64,000 nt of DNA from Patescibacteria group bacterium (GCA_943355005.1 CALRDV010000001.1:15410-79409), one strand, 5' to 3'. Positions 9,448 through 18,762 are shown, numbered from the stretch's first letter. Numbers and translations are program-made. The notes: generated by a model from the sequence alone, not told the origin.

Positions 9448-9466
9448 ATTTATGTTATATTTATTT

Positions 9467-9766
9467 ATGGCCAAAAAAACATCGATACTTAACAAGAAAG
9501 TAAACAATGGATTGTTTGTATTAATTGTTTCATTTGTTATCATTCTTGGTATACTTTTGGTCGCCATGAAAGCGTCGGCTCCGGGGTCAATCACTCCAAA
9601 TGCACCTGAAAGTCAGCCGAAGGCCTATGAGAGAAAGTCTGTAGGGAAACCAACACCACCTAAGAGCACTTACAAATGCACTCCTCAAAACTGCCCAGCA
9701 CCTCAGTTCTATTGTTACAATTCAACAAATTGTTTAAGTAGTACTCCGGTAAAAGTTCTTAAATAA
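9467..9766 (+). CDS. Small membrane-anchored protein with Cys-rich C-terminus
   Basis: N-terminal TM helix, four Cys in tail; TGtTATATT 5 nt before ATG. Confidence 0.6.
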   Translation: MAKKTSILNKKVNNGLFVLIVSFVIILGILLVAMKASAPGSITPNAPESQPKAYERKSVGKPTPPKSTYKCTPQNCPAPQFYCYNSTNCLSSTPVKVLK

Positions 9767-9792
9767 AATAGCCTCGCTAATTAAGTAAAAAA

Positions 9793-9821
9793 TAATCCCA
9801 CAAACTGTGGGATTATTTTTT
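9793..9821. terminator. Bidirectional-type terminator followed by TATAAT
   Basis: ataatcccaca-aac-tgtgggattat with A and T runs on either side. Confidence 0.7.
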
Positions 9822-9838
9822 ATATATAATGAATCCAG

Positions 9839-10912
9839 ATGGATAACTCTGCCCCCGCCCAAACAACAAATTCTGCCGCCAAAAGCGATCTGGAAGTCCT
9901 GACAAAAAAACTTGAAGGTGTAGAGATGCCACCGGAACTGAAGGAGAAAGCTTTATCTATGATTGCTCGTTTGGAAAGAATGTTTTCTCAGGGTTTTTAT
10001 TCAGAAGAATTCGAAAAGGTTTCTCATTATATCGAGTGGATTGTAAAAGTCCCTTGGAGCAAGCGTGTAGATAAGCCAATCGATTTGGTTGCCATTAAAG
10101 ATTCCATGGATAAGAGTCACTACGGTATGGATATAGTTAAAGAAAGAATCATCGAATACATGGCCGTTCTCAAACTCCGCCAATCTCGCAATCTTGGTGT
10201 TGCTCGCGCTCCCATCATTTGTCTAGTAGGTCTTGTCGGTACCGGGAAAACCACCTTTGCTTACGCTCTCTCGGAAGCTCTAGGCCGCCCCATCGCCCGT
10301 ATTCCTTTTGGAGGTCTAGGTAGTGCTCGCGATCTTCGTGGTGAGTCCCGTCTCCACATCGAAGCTGAGCCGGGCTACATTGCTCGTGCTCTGTGCGACT
10401 CAGGTGTCAAAAATCCCATTATACTTCTGGATGAAATCGACCGTGTTACGGAAGAAGCACGCATGGATATCATGGGTGTGCTTGTCGAAGTTCTAGATCC
10501 AAGTCAAAACAATCGCTATCTGGATCACTTTATCGACTATCCCATCGATCTCTCCGAAGTCATGTTCATCGCCACGGCTAATAACACAGGCAACCTTGCA
10601 ACTGCTGTTATGGACCGTCTTGAGCCCATTCAAATGCCTTCTTACACAGATGAGGAAAAAACTCACATTGCTCAGAACTACCTACTACCCAAGGCTCTTG
10701 AGGCTGCCGGCATGGATCCTGCGACCATTTCCATCGACCCTTCTCTCTGGCCCACCCTTATCCGCCCTCTCGGTTACGATGCGGGTATTCGTACTCTAAA
10801 TCGTACGATTGAGGGAGCAGTCCGTAAGGTTGCCTCCATGATTGTTACCGGACAAGCTCAAACCGTCCACCTCACCCCGGACAACATCAAAGGCTTCCTC
10901 CCCAAGTGGTAA
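9839..10912 (+). CDS. Lon-like AAA+ ATPase module without protease domain
   Basis: SHYGMDIVKERIIEY, Walker A GLVGTGKTT, Walker B ILLDEID, FIATAN; ends before Lon proteolytic domain. Confidence 0.85.
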   Translation: MDNSAPAQTTNSAAKSDLEVLTKKLEGVEMPPELKEKALSMIARLERMFSQGFYSEEFEKVSHYIEWIVKVPWSKRVDKPIDLVAIKDSMDKSHYGMDIVKERIIEYMAVLKLRQSRNLGVARAPIICLVGLVGTGKTTFAYALSEALGRPIARIPFGGLGSARDLRGESRLHIEAEPGYIARALCDSGVKNPIILLDEIDRVTEEARMDIMGVLVEVLDPSQNNRYLDHFIDYPIDLSEVMFIATANNTGNLATAVMDRLEPIQMPSYTDEEKTHIAQNYLLPKALEAAGMDPATISIDPSLWPTLIRPLGYDAGIRTLNRTIEGAVRKVASMIVTGQAQTVHLTPDNIKGFLPKW

Positions 10913-11020
10913 GGAGATATTTCTGGTAAATTAAAATATCCTTTCAGGAGATTTTAATTTACAATATTAAAAATATCTCCGATTGCCGAGCATGTTTCGT
11001 AACGAACCATGCACAGGCGG
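10913..11020. other. Two-hairpin structured element, copy 1 (copy 2 at 22896-23010)
   Basis: GATATTT...AAATATC interrupted long stem, then TGCCG-stem-TTTCGTAACGAAC-stem-GGC. Confidence 0.65.
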
Positions 11021-11062
11021 GACTGTGTTTGAGATAGAGAAAAAAATAAATATGCATTACCT

Positions 11063-11398
11063 ATGAACCGATTTTTCATCTATTTAGTCATTCTCGGGCT
11101 TACTCTTTTCACCTCTATTGGAGACTCCTTTCTCAAGCGGGCAGGAAGTGGAAATACTTTCATCAACTGGAGATTGTTTATATCAGGCTTTATCATCTAC
11201 ACAATTACCACTTTTGTGTGGTTCTTTATTTACAAAAACGTCAAGTTCTCTATCGCCGGCTCGGCATACGGCGTTTTTACTGCACTTGTCTTTGCTGTTA
11301 TTGGCGTTTTTTATTTTAAAGAGTCTATTACTTCTATAGAAATAGTCGGTATCTTCTTAGCCATCACTTCCATTCTCATCCTCGGACGCTTCAACTAA
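11063..11398 (+). CDS. SMR/EamA-like (DMT superfamily) small transporter
   Basis: 111 aa, four hydrophobic helices, GDSFLK and FKESIT...GI pattern. Confidence 0.75.
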   Translation: MNRFFIYLVILGLTLFTSIGDSFLKRAGSGNTFINWRLFISGFIIYTITTFVWFFIYKNVKFSIAGSAYGVFTALVFAVIGVFYFKESITSIEIVGIFLAITSILILGRFN

Positions 11399-11413
11399 TT
11401 TCCTAACCACGAA

Positions 11414-11442
11414 TGTCATTCCGGGCTTGACCCGGAATCCAG
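11414..11442 (+). repeat. REP-like palindrome subfamily B (tgtcattccgggcttgacccggaatcc)
   Basis: Same core at 23044, 62906 and reverse-complemented at 19069, 19307. Confidence 0.9.
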
Positions 11443-11447
11443 AGTCA

Positions 11448-12845
11448 CTAAATACTCTCCAAGAACTCCAACATTTTTCTCTCCAGAACTTCAGCTCGCT
11501 TTTTATTCTTGCCAAAAATGATGTAAGACAAATATCCATCATGGAGCAGATTGGAAGAACAAATTACCAGACCTTCTCTTGTCTTTCTCGAGAACAATAT
11601 TGGCTCCATTAGCTTATGTAGTTTTTTGAAAGTCGTATTCTTCTTATTCGGCAAGGTATGCATGTTCTCACAAAGAACATACGACTTCTTAGTAAAATCT
11701 CTTCCGGCCAGCTCAATCGCCGCGTTATACATATGCGTTCCGCCTGTTACACGGACATTGGACTCATTTACAAATATCTCTCCATTTTTTCCGGCAATGT
11801 AATCAATATCAAAATATCCCCGGTAACCATCTGCCGAATACTGTTCGCCGATTAAATACCCAATATCTGTAATTCTTGAAGCTACTCTCTTTGGTAGAGT
11901 TTCTTCTCCTATCTCTATTCCGGCAAAAACTCCCTGCCTGTCTACTCTCATTCCACAGTAATACAAGAATTTTACTTCGCCATTTTTCTTAATCATGAAC
12001 TCGGAGTTTGGAAAGCCACCTCCGATTCTTGGATTCGGCTGAACCAGTGACTCAACCACAATCGGAAATTTTTCCCAATATGCATCTCTGCGTAATATCT
12101 CAATTATTTTTTTCTCGCACTCGGCAAACTTTTTTGGCAGCTCGCCCTTTCTGAATATTAGAACTCCTGCTCCTGAATGCCCTTTGTTTGTCTTGATTAC
12201 CACTCCACCTTCCTTGATATATTTATTGGCAGCTATGCCGGCAGTATCGATAATTCCGGAACTGATGACTCCGTTTGGCATTTTCATATCAGACCTCATT
12301 GCTCCATTTATCTGAGTTAGTTGTCTGATCCCCGACTTACTCCCGTAAAAATTTACCGTCCAAGCATCGGACTCTTCCGGCGCCAAAGGTGTCCGCACCT
12401 CCACTCCCTTATCTCTAAGTGTCTTGATTAGGTACAAGAATTCCGGCGAGGTTGAATAGGAAGTAATCGAAAGTCTTTTGTATTTTTTCTTCATCCCCAC
12501 CAGTTTCGCCATAATATCCTCATCTTCCAAAATATCTTCACATAGTTTTCCGGTGTGGTTCTTGGTCACAAAGATTTCCAAGTCTCGGACTTCACAGAGC
12601 TTCTTGAAATATTCCACGAAGAGGGGATCGATGGGTTTGGGGGCAATGAAAGTAAATTCAAACTCTTCCGCCATGGAGAACAAATCTTTGTCGGTCAGAT
12701 TAGCATTCTCATCTATCTCCCATTTTTGCAGTTTCTTGTCTCCGTAAGCTTCGATAAAAGGCCACACATCCTCCGAACAGTTAAATATTCGGATTACTCT
12801 TTCTCTCTTCTTTCCTCCAGGCTTATCAGTTTTTATGTTTTTCAT
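11448..12845 (-). CDS. ATP-grasp fold protein (putative amide/peptide ligase)
   Basis: VVIKTNKGHSGAGV and GYFDIDYI...VNESNVRVTGG ATP-grasp motifs. Confidence 0.7.
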   Translation of the reverse strand: MKNIKTDKPGGKKRERVIRIFNCSEDVWPFIEAYGDKKLQKWEIDENANLTDKDLFSMAEEFEFTFIAPKPIDPLFVEYFKKLCEVRDLEIFVTKNHTGKLCEDILEDEDIMAKLVGMKKKYKRLSITSYSTSPEFLYLIKTLRDKGVEVRTPLAPEESDAWTVNFYGSKSGIRQLTQINGAMRSDMKMPNGVISSGIIDTAGIAANKYIKEGGVVIKTNKGHSGAGVLIFRKGELPKKFAECEKKIIEILRRDAYWEKFPIVVESLVQPNPRIGGGFPNSEFMIKKNGEVKFLYYCGMRVDRQGVFAGIEIGEETLPKRVASRITDIGYLIGEQYSADGYRGYFDIDYIAGKNGEIFVNESNVRVTGGTHMYNAAIELAGRDFTKKSYVLCENMHTLPNKKNTTFKKLHKLMEPILFSRKTREGLVICSSNLLHDGYLSYIIFGKNKKRAEVLERKMLEFLESI

Positions 12846-12852
12846 TTTATCT

Positions 12853-12880
12853 TGTCATTCCCGACCTGATCGGGAATCTA
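12853..12880 (+). repeat. REP-like palindrome subfamily A
   Basis: tgtcattcccgacctgatcgggaatcta. Confidence 0.9.
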
Positions 12881-12952
12881 TATAAATTATTCTAATTTCT
12901 CTATAAGTGTACTCGTCTCATCTCATTTGTAAAGTCACAAATTAAACCAAAT

Positions 12953-12978
12953 AAAAACCCCGCCTTTCGGCGGGGTTT
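12953..12978 (-). terminator. Terminator of the minus-strand 14355-12985 gene trio
   Basis: aaaccccgcc-tttc-ggcggggttt with A-run on left. Confidence 0.75.
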
Positions 12979-12984
12979 GTAAAA

Positions 12985-13239
12985 CTAAATCATAGCTATG
13001 AGATTGAGTACGACGAGGAATGCGAGGAAAAACCCCGCTCCACCTTTTGCTTCCGGATCTGCGGGAAGAAGTAGAATCACTACGGCAACGACTATCGCCG
13101 CAGTATATCCCATTCCCAGCGGAAGTAACCAGCACATGGCAATAAGTACACCGTAGACTGTTACTCCTGTTTTCCCTCCAATCGCCGCAGCCGCCCCGAA
13201 TATCACTAAAAGTAATATCACTACGATAGTCAAGTCCAT
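12985..13239 (-). CDS. Small hydrophobic membrane protein
   Basis: 84 aa nearly all hydrophobic; AAGGAGG SD. Confidence 0.65.
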   Translation of the reverse strand: MDLTIVVILLLVIFGAAAAIGGKTGVTVYGVLIAMCWLLPLGMGYTAAIVVAVVILLLPADPEAKGGAGFFLAFLVVLNLIAMI

Positions 13240-13271
13240 GTTTACCTCCTTTGTTTTTCACATAGCTATTT

Positions 13272-13904
13272 CTAACGATATGAGTATGAGTGAATGGTCG
13301 TGAACACTGGATTAGTTACCAGTTGCAGATCAGGATTGGCCAGCAAATTGGTCTCAAAGGAATAAAGTGTCAAACCATACTCAGCCGCTTTGATCTTTGC
13401 CTCTTTTGCGAACGCTTGAAAAACCTCCTCAGAAGTGAAAGTGCTCTCGCAGAAATCTTGGTCAATTGAGGCAATTCCAAGCTCGGCAAGAGAGCTACAT
13501 TTATAAGCGACCAGATCTCCTTTGACGGGAACGAGAAGAACACTTCTGTACACACCAGACACCGCAACGTTCATCCTCGCCACCGTGGTAATGGTGATAG
13601 ATACACCGTCTTCACTTCTGGATACAATCTCGCCTATACGCACAGAATACCCATCTCCATCGTAAGTTGTACCGATGCCGAAGGAGTACTTGTAGGCTTC
13701 TCCACCGACAGTGAAGATACTAATGGATTCTGTATTGTAGTAAGAACTGTCCAGAGGCCAGACAACCTCGCTCTGTACGTGCTGGAATGTTCTTGTCTGA
13801 GGAACTATATTTGCCGAAATTAGTAAATAAAGTGCAAGTATAAGTCCCAGCACAATCACTAAAAAGAATGTGCTTAGTAAAGCATTCTGTTTCTTAGTCA
13901 TCAT
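13272..13904 (-). CDS. Membrane-anchored hypothetical protein
   Basis: N-terminal TM; GGAG SD. Confidence 0.65.
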   Translation of the reverse strand: MMTKKQNALLSTFFLVIVLGLILALYLLISANIVPQTRTFQHVQSEVVWPLDSSYYNTESISIFTVGGEAYKYSFGIGTTYDGDGYSVRIGEIVSRSEDGVSITITTVARMNVAVSGVYRSVLLVPVKGDLVAYKCSSLAELGIASIDQDFCESTFTSEEVFQAFAKEAKIKAAEYGLTLYSFETNLLANPDLQLVTNPVFTTIHSYSYR

Positions 13905-13923
13905 ATCTCCACTTCTGTTGAAC

Positions 13924-14355
13924 TTATTTTGTATTTCTGATCACAATGGTGAAATCACTTTTGCTATCAACGCTAAACCACCAAGTGTTTTCACAACTGG
14001 TAGCCAATATATCTGCAGGTACCTCTTCAAGGAATTCGGCTTCAATATTGTCTCCCAAAGCAATTCCAACATAGTATTCCCCAGCAGACTGAGTTTCTTC
14101 TCTGCTGGAACGCTCAGGTATGAAGCCTGAAATAGGCGGTGTCACAGAAAAGTTATCAAGCGAGTAGTACACAAGCTTGAAATCTCCAGGATTTTGCTCC
14201 GGAAAACAAGGCAAACTATCGGACTCCGACGGCTCACTCGTTTCAGTGAGGGTGATTGACTCTCTTCTGTCTTGCCATCGCTGAAGAAACATTCCAGCAA
14301 GCATGGAAAACGTGATAACCAGCAACAAACCAAAAATACGATCAGATTTAGACAT
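13924..14355 (-). CDS. Membrane-anchored hypothetical protein
   Basis: N-terminal TM; GAGGAG SD. Confidence 0.65.
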   Translation of the reverse strand: MSKSDRIFGLLLVITFSMLAGMFLQRWQDRRESITLTETSEPSESDSLPCFPEQNPGDFKLVYYSLDNFSVTPPISGFIPERSSREETQSAGEYYVGIALGDNIEAEFLEEVPADILATSCENTWWFSVDSKSDFTIVIRNTK

Positions 14356-14430
14356 TTTATCTCCTCTTGAATTTGATGTGAACGTACTAAAAACTTAGGA
14401 GTATTATCCTATAGCTAATCAATGTTTGCT

Positions 14431-14457
14431 GGACAAATGGTGGACAGTTTTAGGACA
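14431..14457 (+). promoter_or_regulatory. Three GGACA direct repeats at 11 bp period (putative operator)
   Basis: GGACA at 14431, 14442, 14453 in divergent intergenic region. Confidence 0.55.
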
Positions 14458-14515
14458 GAACTTGGGCTCATCGACCACCATTTCCTCCACTCTTCGGACG
14501 TGCTAACATCCATAT

Positions 14516-15493
14516 ATGGATTTAGAACAGCACCCTCTTTATCAGGAATTTGTCTTGGCACTAGAGAATAGCTACAAGAAGAACAGCAATCTCCTAATTG
14601 TTACCGTGCCAGGAATAGGTACCTCCCACTTTATTAAAAAGTTCATTGAAGGCGATACTTCAGGAAAATTTCAGCATATCAAAGACGACTCTTCCGAACT
14701 TAAAGAATTTAACATTCTCGATCTCAATTTTGAGAAAAATCATGAAGCATTTCAGTTGGCTACCCAATATTTCAAAAAAGCAAAGCTCTCACAAAAATTT
14801 GCCTTAGTTGTAAACACCCCCTCTATTTTAAAAACCGATTCTTACCTTCAATCTAATCTGGCTAATCATATTTACAACACCTATTACTTTAAAACATTAG
14901 GTAAAAATATTATTAAAGTCATATCAAAATTGACAGGTATGAATCTAAGTTTAGACCAGGAGGCTAAAATCTACTCGTACTCAGGTGGACTAAGTCACCT
15001 TACCAAGAGTCTTATTATTAACTCCGATTTGTTGAATAAGTCGGTCGCTGAACTTATCGACGAACCTGTTATTATTAACCCTCTTCTTCCGACTATTAGG
15101 GTAATTTCTCAGTGCAACACAGAGGTCCTAAACAAACTTGAAATCACCCAAAACAGTATTTTTATAAGCGAGATTCTTAAAACATATTTTTCCCTTCACC
15201 CTATCAACTTGCCACCACAAATTGTAGTAAACAAAGATCTATCTTTTACTGAGGATGGAATTCCATCAGAACATAAGTTGATTAAAATTGAAAAACAAAT
15301 AATCGAGATGGCATCTAAAGATGATGGTGTAATTCTTAAGGAGAAAATTGCTGATCTAAAATGGGGTGATGGTAGTTATGATGATTTTTCAGATCAAGCA
15401 ATAGGTAAAACCATGCAAAGACTCGGTAGGAAACTTAAAAAGCATCAGCTAATTATCTTGCCAAAAGTTGGCTATAAGATTGTAAAAATATGA
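14516..15493 (+). CDS. Putative regulator: degenerate P-loop domain plus C-terminal OmpR/PhoB-type winged helix
   Basis: TVPGIGTS near N-terminus; C-terminal ..KEKIADLKWG...DQAIGKTMQRLGRKL...PKVGYKI. Confidence 0.6.
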   Translation: MDLEQHPLYQEFVLALENSYKKNSNLLIVTVPGIGTSHFIKKFIEGDTSGKFQHIKDDSSELKEFNILDLNFEKNHEAFQLATQYFKKAKLSQKFALVVNTPSILKTDSYLQSNLANHIYNTYYFKTLGKNIIKVISKLTGMNLSLDQEAKIYSYSGGLSHLTKSLIINSDLLNKSVAELIDEPVIINPLLPTIRVISQCNTEVLNKLEITQNSIFISEILKTYFSLHPINLPPQIVVNKDLSFTEDGIPSEHKLIKIEKQIIEMASKDDGVILKEKIADLKWGDGSYDDFSDQAIGKTMQRLGRKLKKHQLIILPKVGYKIVKI

Positions 15494-16542
15494 GCCCCGG
15501 CGCTGAACCTCAGTTCCAATTGGTAAAGAGTGGTCTTGGTGAAGGTTTTATTCATCCGGATACAGTTCTCGGAGAAAAATCCATTCAAATGCTTGATTAT
15601 GGTGAGATAGCCAAAGGAATTAATTTTCAGTTGACACAATATCCTGACGGTGACAATCTTGTATGGATAGCCAGAATGTACGAAGGAGAGGATGAGCTAA
15701 AAAATCAGCTTGGAAAAATTGGAAGCAACATTGAAAAACAATCCCTCACTGAAATTCAAAATGAAAGATTGGTTTACTGTCTTTCCGAGCTGAACCTACC
15801 ATTATTCTTGGCAGTACATCTTGCTTTAAATCGCCCAAATATCGATGTTAGAAAATTCTCCAATCCAAACAAAACAGATTTTATTATTGTCACTGGGGAT
15901 TCGAGGTCCGGAAAATCAACTCTCGTGTCTGCTATGTCTCTCAAGTTTCCTGACAAAGTAGAGGGTTATTCCTTGGAATTTTTTACTTCAAATTCTGGAT
16001 TAACATATTCGAATTATTTCAAATCAGAAGGACTTAATGAAGATTCTGAGCCGGCCGAAATTTTATCAGCTGTAAGCCGTTTTAGGTCCATGACTAAAGA
16101 GGAAAGGAGTTCATACAACTCTCAAGACGAAGCTGTCGAAAACGCCAATCTCTCTCAAATATTAGATGGTCTACTCGAAAAATGTTTGCGAGGAGATTCA
16201 AAGTTAATTCTAATTGAAAGTCCCGGAGCCAGAGACGATACCACAGTACAAATAACTCACCTCATTAGAGAATCCCTCGAAGTCGAGCTTCGAATTTTTC
16301 AAGCGAAACCAACAGTAGATTCTTTATTATTGTCGACCCAAGGTGACACTTTTGAGATTTTGACTGACGAAAATGGTCAGGTTTCTCCTCGCCCTTGTTT
16401 GTGGTTACAAACTGAAGGACCCGGCCTGGATATATACAATTTGGATGATGTTACTAATTTGATTCATGAGTACAACGATAAGGTTCAGATCGAGGCTAAA
16501 AAGCTCAGAGAGAGTATCGTAAATAAGCTTCAAAATCCCTAG
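15490..16542 (+). CDS. Hypothetical protein with P-loop motif
   Basis: IIVTGDSRSGKST Walker A; ATGA overlap with upstream gene. Confidence 0.6.
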   Translation: MSPGAEPQFQLVKSGLGEGFIHPDTVLGEKSIQMLDYGEIAKGINFQLTQYPDGDNLVWIARMYEGEDELKNQLGKIGSNIEKQSLTEIQNERLVYCLSELNLPLFLAVHLALNRPNIDVRKFSNPNKTDFIIVTGDSRSGKSTLVSAMSLKFPDKVEGYSLEFFTSNSGLTYSNYFKSEGLNEDSEPAEILSAVSRFRSMTKEERSSYNSQDEAVENANLSQILDGLLEKCLRGDSKLILIESPGARDDTTVQITHLIRESLEVELRIFQAKPTVDSLLLSTQGDTFEILTDENGQVSPRPCLWLQTEGPGLDIYNLDDVTNLIHEYNDKVQIEAKKLRESIVNKLQNP

Positions 16543-16544
16543 CA

Positions 16545-16553
16545 TGCTATAAT
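16545..16553 (+). promoter_or_regulatory. Extended -10 promoter upstream of rnj
   Basis: TGcTATAAT. Confidence 0.5.
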
Positions 16554-16694
16554 TACCACCAGTCCACGGAATCGTTGTCCAGTGATATGAGAGTTTATAT
16601 AGAATCAGTTAGATTTTAACCTCCAGTCAGAGAAACTTTACCCGTAAATTAGGATTTTGGCGCCTTTCCTCGCCCAAACTGAATAAGACAATCA

Positions 16695-16722
16695 TGTCAT
16701 TCCCGACCTGATCGGGAATCTA
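16695..16722 (+). repeat. REP-like palindrome subfamily A
   Basis: tgtcattcccgacctgatcgggaatcta in rnj leader. Confidence 0.9.
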
Positions 16723-16788
16723 TAAAAATAGTTACTGTTGATTCTCATTCAGTTACAATATTATTAGGAAAATTAATTACAAAAAATT

Positions 16789-18444
16789 ATGTCTCAACTT
16801 AAGTTGATTCCTCTCGGTGGTGTTGGTAGTGCAACTAAAAACATGTACGTTTACGAATTTGGTGATGACCAGCTGGTCATCGACTGCGGTATGGGTTTCC
16901 CTCAAAGCAGTGATCTGGGTGTGGATTCCGTCATTCCCGATATTAGTTATCTGGAAAAATCCGGTAAACATTTACTCGGTATTGTCCTTACCCATCCTCA
17001 CATGGATCATATTGGCGGTCTTCCTTACATCCTTCCTCGTCTCAAAGACGTCGAAGTTTTTGGTGGCAAGCTTGCTATCGCCATGGCCGAGCTCCGAGTT
17101 CGCGAATTTGGAATTACCAATCGTATGACCCCGGTCGAAGGCTCACTAGACCTTGGACCCTTCCATATCGAATTCATACACTCCACTCATTCGGTTCCAA
17201 ACTGTTTTCATTTAGTCATCAAGACTCCGGCCGGTACCGTTTATCATGGTGCTGACTACAAGTTCGATCTAACCCCTATCGATAATCTTCCACCCGATAT
17301 GGCCGGAATGGCCGCTGCCGGAACTGCCGGTGTCGATCTTATGTTCACCGACTGTTTGGGAATTGAGAAATCGGGCTACTGTCCATCAGAAAGAACTTTA
17401 ATGAAAGCTATAGACGATGAAATTAGAAATACTCAAGGTAAGGTTATCTTTACCGGCATGTCTTCTTCAATTTCTCGTTTCCAGATTGCCATCGAGGCTT
17501 CTATTAAGCATCACCGTCGAGTCGCCATTATTGGTCGCTCGGTAGAACAGAATATCGAAGCCGCCATTAAAACCGGTTTCTTAAAAGTTCCCGCCGGAAC
17601 TTTTATCAAGCCGCAGCAAATCGCCGGACTTCAGGCCAAAGAAGTTACGATGCTTGTTTCCGGTTCACAAGGTCAGTCTGGTTCCGCTATGCATCGCTTG
17701 GCTAACAATGAACACCGCTTGGCTCGTCTGAAGAAAGGTGACAAAGTCATCATTAGTTCGAATGCAATTCCGGGTACCGGCAACGATGCCGATATCTTTG
17801 ATCTCATGGACACTCTCTACAAAAATAGTATCGATGTTATCTACTCAGGCACTTCAGAGAACCTTCACGTTTCCGGCCACGGCTATCGAGGTGATATGGC
17901 TCTCTTGGCTCGCTTAGTTCGTCCCAAATACATTATCCCAATTGGTGGAGATCTCCGTCACATGATGCTTTACAAAAATAGTTTGGCCAAAGATCTTAAT
18001 CACAACAGAGATAACGTCTTTGTCCTCTCAGAAGGACAGTCTGTCATTCTTGAAGATCACGTCGTCAAAGAAGGTCCCAAGTTCGAGACCAAAAATATTT
18101 ATGTTGATGGTCTGGGTATTGGAGATGTCGGTACTGTCGTTCTCCGTGATCGTCAGGTTATGTCCGAAGACGGTATTCTTATCGCCATCGTTCCTGTCAA
18201 ACGGGAAAACTCTCAAGTCACCGGTGACGTCGAAGTTATTTCTCGAGGCTTTGTCTACCAGAAAGAATCTCAAGATCTTATTCGCGACGCCCGCAATCAA
18301 GTCCAGCTTTGTTTCAAAGACAACAAGGGACCTGTCACTGACTGGGGCTTCTTACGCAAGAAGATAGAAGGCCAGCTGGAGAAGTTCGCTTTCGAACACA
18401 CCCAGCGCAGGCCACTTGTTATAGCGATTTTGATCGAGGTATAA
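16789..18444 (+). CDS. rnj: Ribonuclease J
   Basis: MBL motif THPHMDHIGG, HVSGH, VLRDRQVMSEDG. Confidence 0.95.
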   Translation: MSQLKLIPLGGVGSATKNMYVYEFGDDQLVIDCGMGFPQSSDLGVDSVIPDISYLEKSGKHLLGIVLTHPHMDHIGGLPYILPRLKDVEVFGGKLAIAMAELRVREFGITNRMTPVEGSLDLGPFHIEFIHSTHSVPNCFHLVIKTPAGTVYHGADYKFDLTPIDNLPPDMAGMAAAGTAGVDLMFTDCLGIEKSGYCPSERTLMKAIDDEIRNTQGKVIFTGMSSSISRFQIAIEASIKHHRRVAIIGRSVEQNIEAAIKTGFLKVPAGTFIKPQQIAGLQAKEVTMLVSGSQGQSGSAMHRLANNEHRLARLKKGDKVIISSNAIPGTGNDADIFDLMDTLYKNSIDVIYSGTSENLHVSGHGYRGDMALLARLVRPKYIIPIGGDLRHMMLYKNSLAKDLNHNRDNVFVLSEGQSVILEDHVVKEGPKFETKNIYVDGLGIGDVGTVVLRDRQVMSEDGILIAIVPVKRENSQVTGDVEVISRGFVYQKESQDLIRDARNQVQLCFKDNKGPVTDWGFLRKKIEGQLEKFAFEHTQRRPLVIAILIEV

Positions 18445-18467
18445 AACAAATAAATCCCTCAAAATTT

Positions 18468-18728
18468 GTGATTAATTTTATTTTTTCATTTATTTTAGGG
18501 GTTTTATCAGCGATTGTTTACGAACTCGTTGCGAGAATAATAGGAATCTATATTTTTCGGAAGGAAGCATTGGTAATAAATGGGTACAAGCTTCACCACT
18601 CTTTGTATGGATTGCTATCGTTTGCGTTGTTGGGAATAACAAAAAAACCATTCTATTTTGGTTTTGGATTAGGAATAATATTCCAACATACAATTACTGA
18701 CGGATTTTTCTTTATTAGTAGGGTTTAA
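18468..18728 (+). CDS. Small membrane hypothetical protein
   Basis: 86 aa hydrophobic, GYKLHHSLYG motif. Confidence 0.55.
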   Translation: MINFIFSFILGVLSAIVYELVARIIGIYIFRKEALVINGYKLHHSLYGLLSFALLGITKKPFYFGFGLGIIFQHTITDGFFFISRV

Positions 18729-18731
18729 TGG

Positions 18732-18760
18732 TGTCATTCCGGACCTGATCCGGAATCCAG
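18732..18760 (+). repeat. REP-like palindrome at 3' end of GIY-YIG gene
   Basis: tgtcattccggacctgatccggaatccag, 2 nt from the stop codon. Confidence 0.9.
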
Positions 18761-18762
18761 TA

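Noticed and set aside
10981-11062. Guanidine riboswitch upstream of the SMR-like gene
   Set aside because: No paired ACGR-loop hairpins or other guanidine-class consensus that I can recognise, and a second copy lacks a downstream transporter.
16929-16942. cgtcattcccga in rnj as another REP
   Set aside because: No complementary arm, and it encodes the conserved VIPD motif of RNase J.
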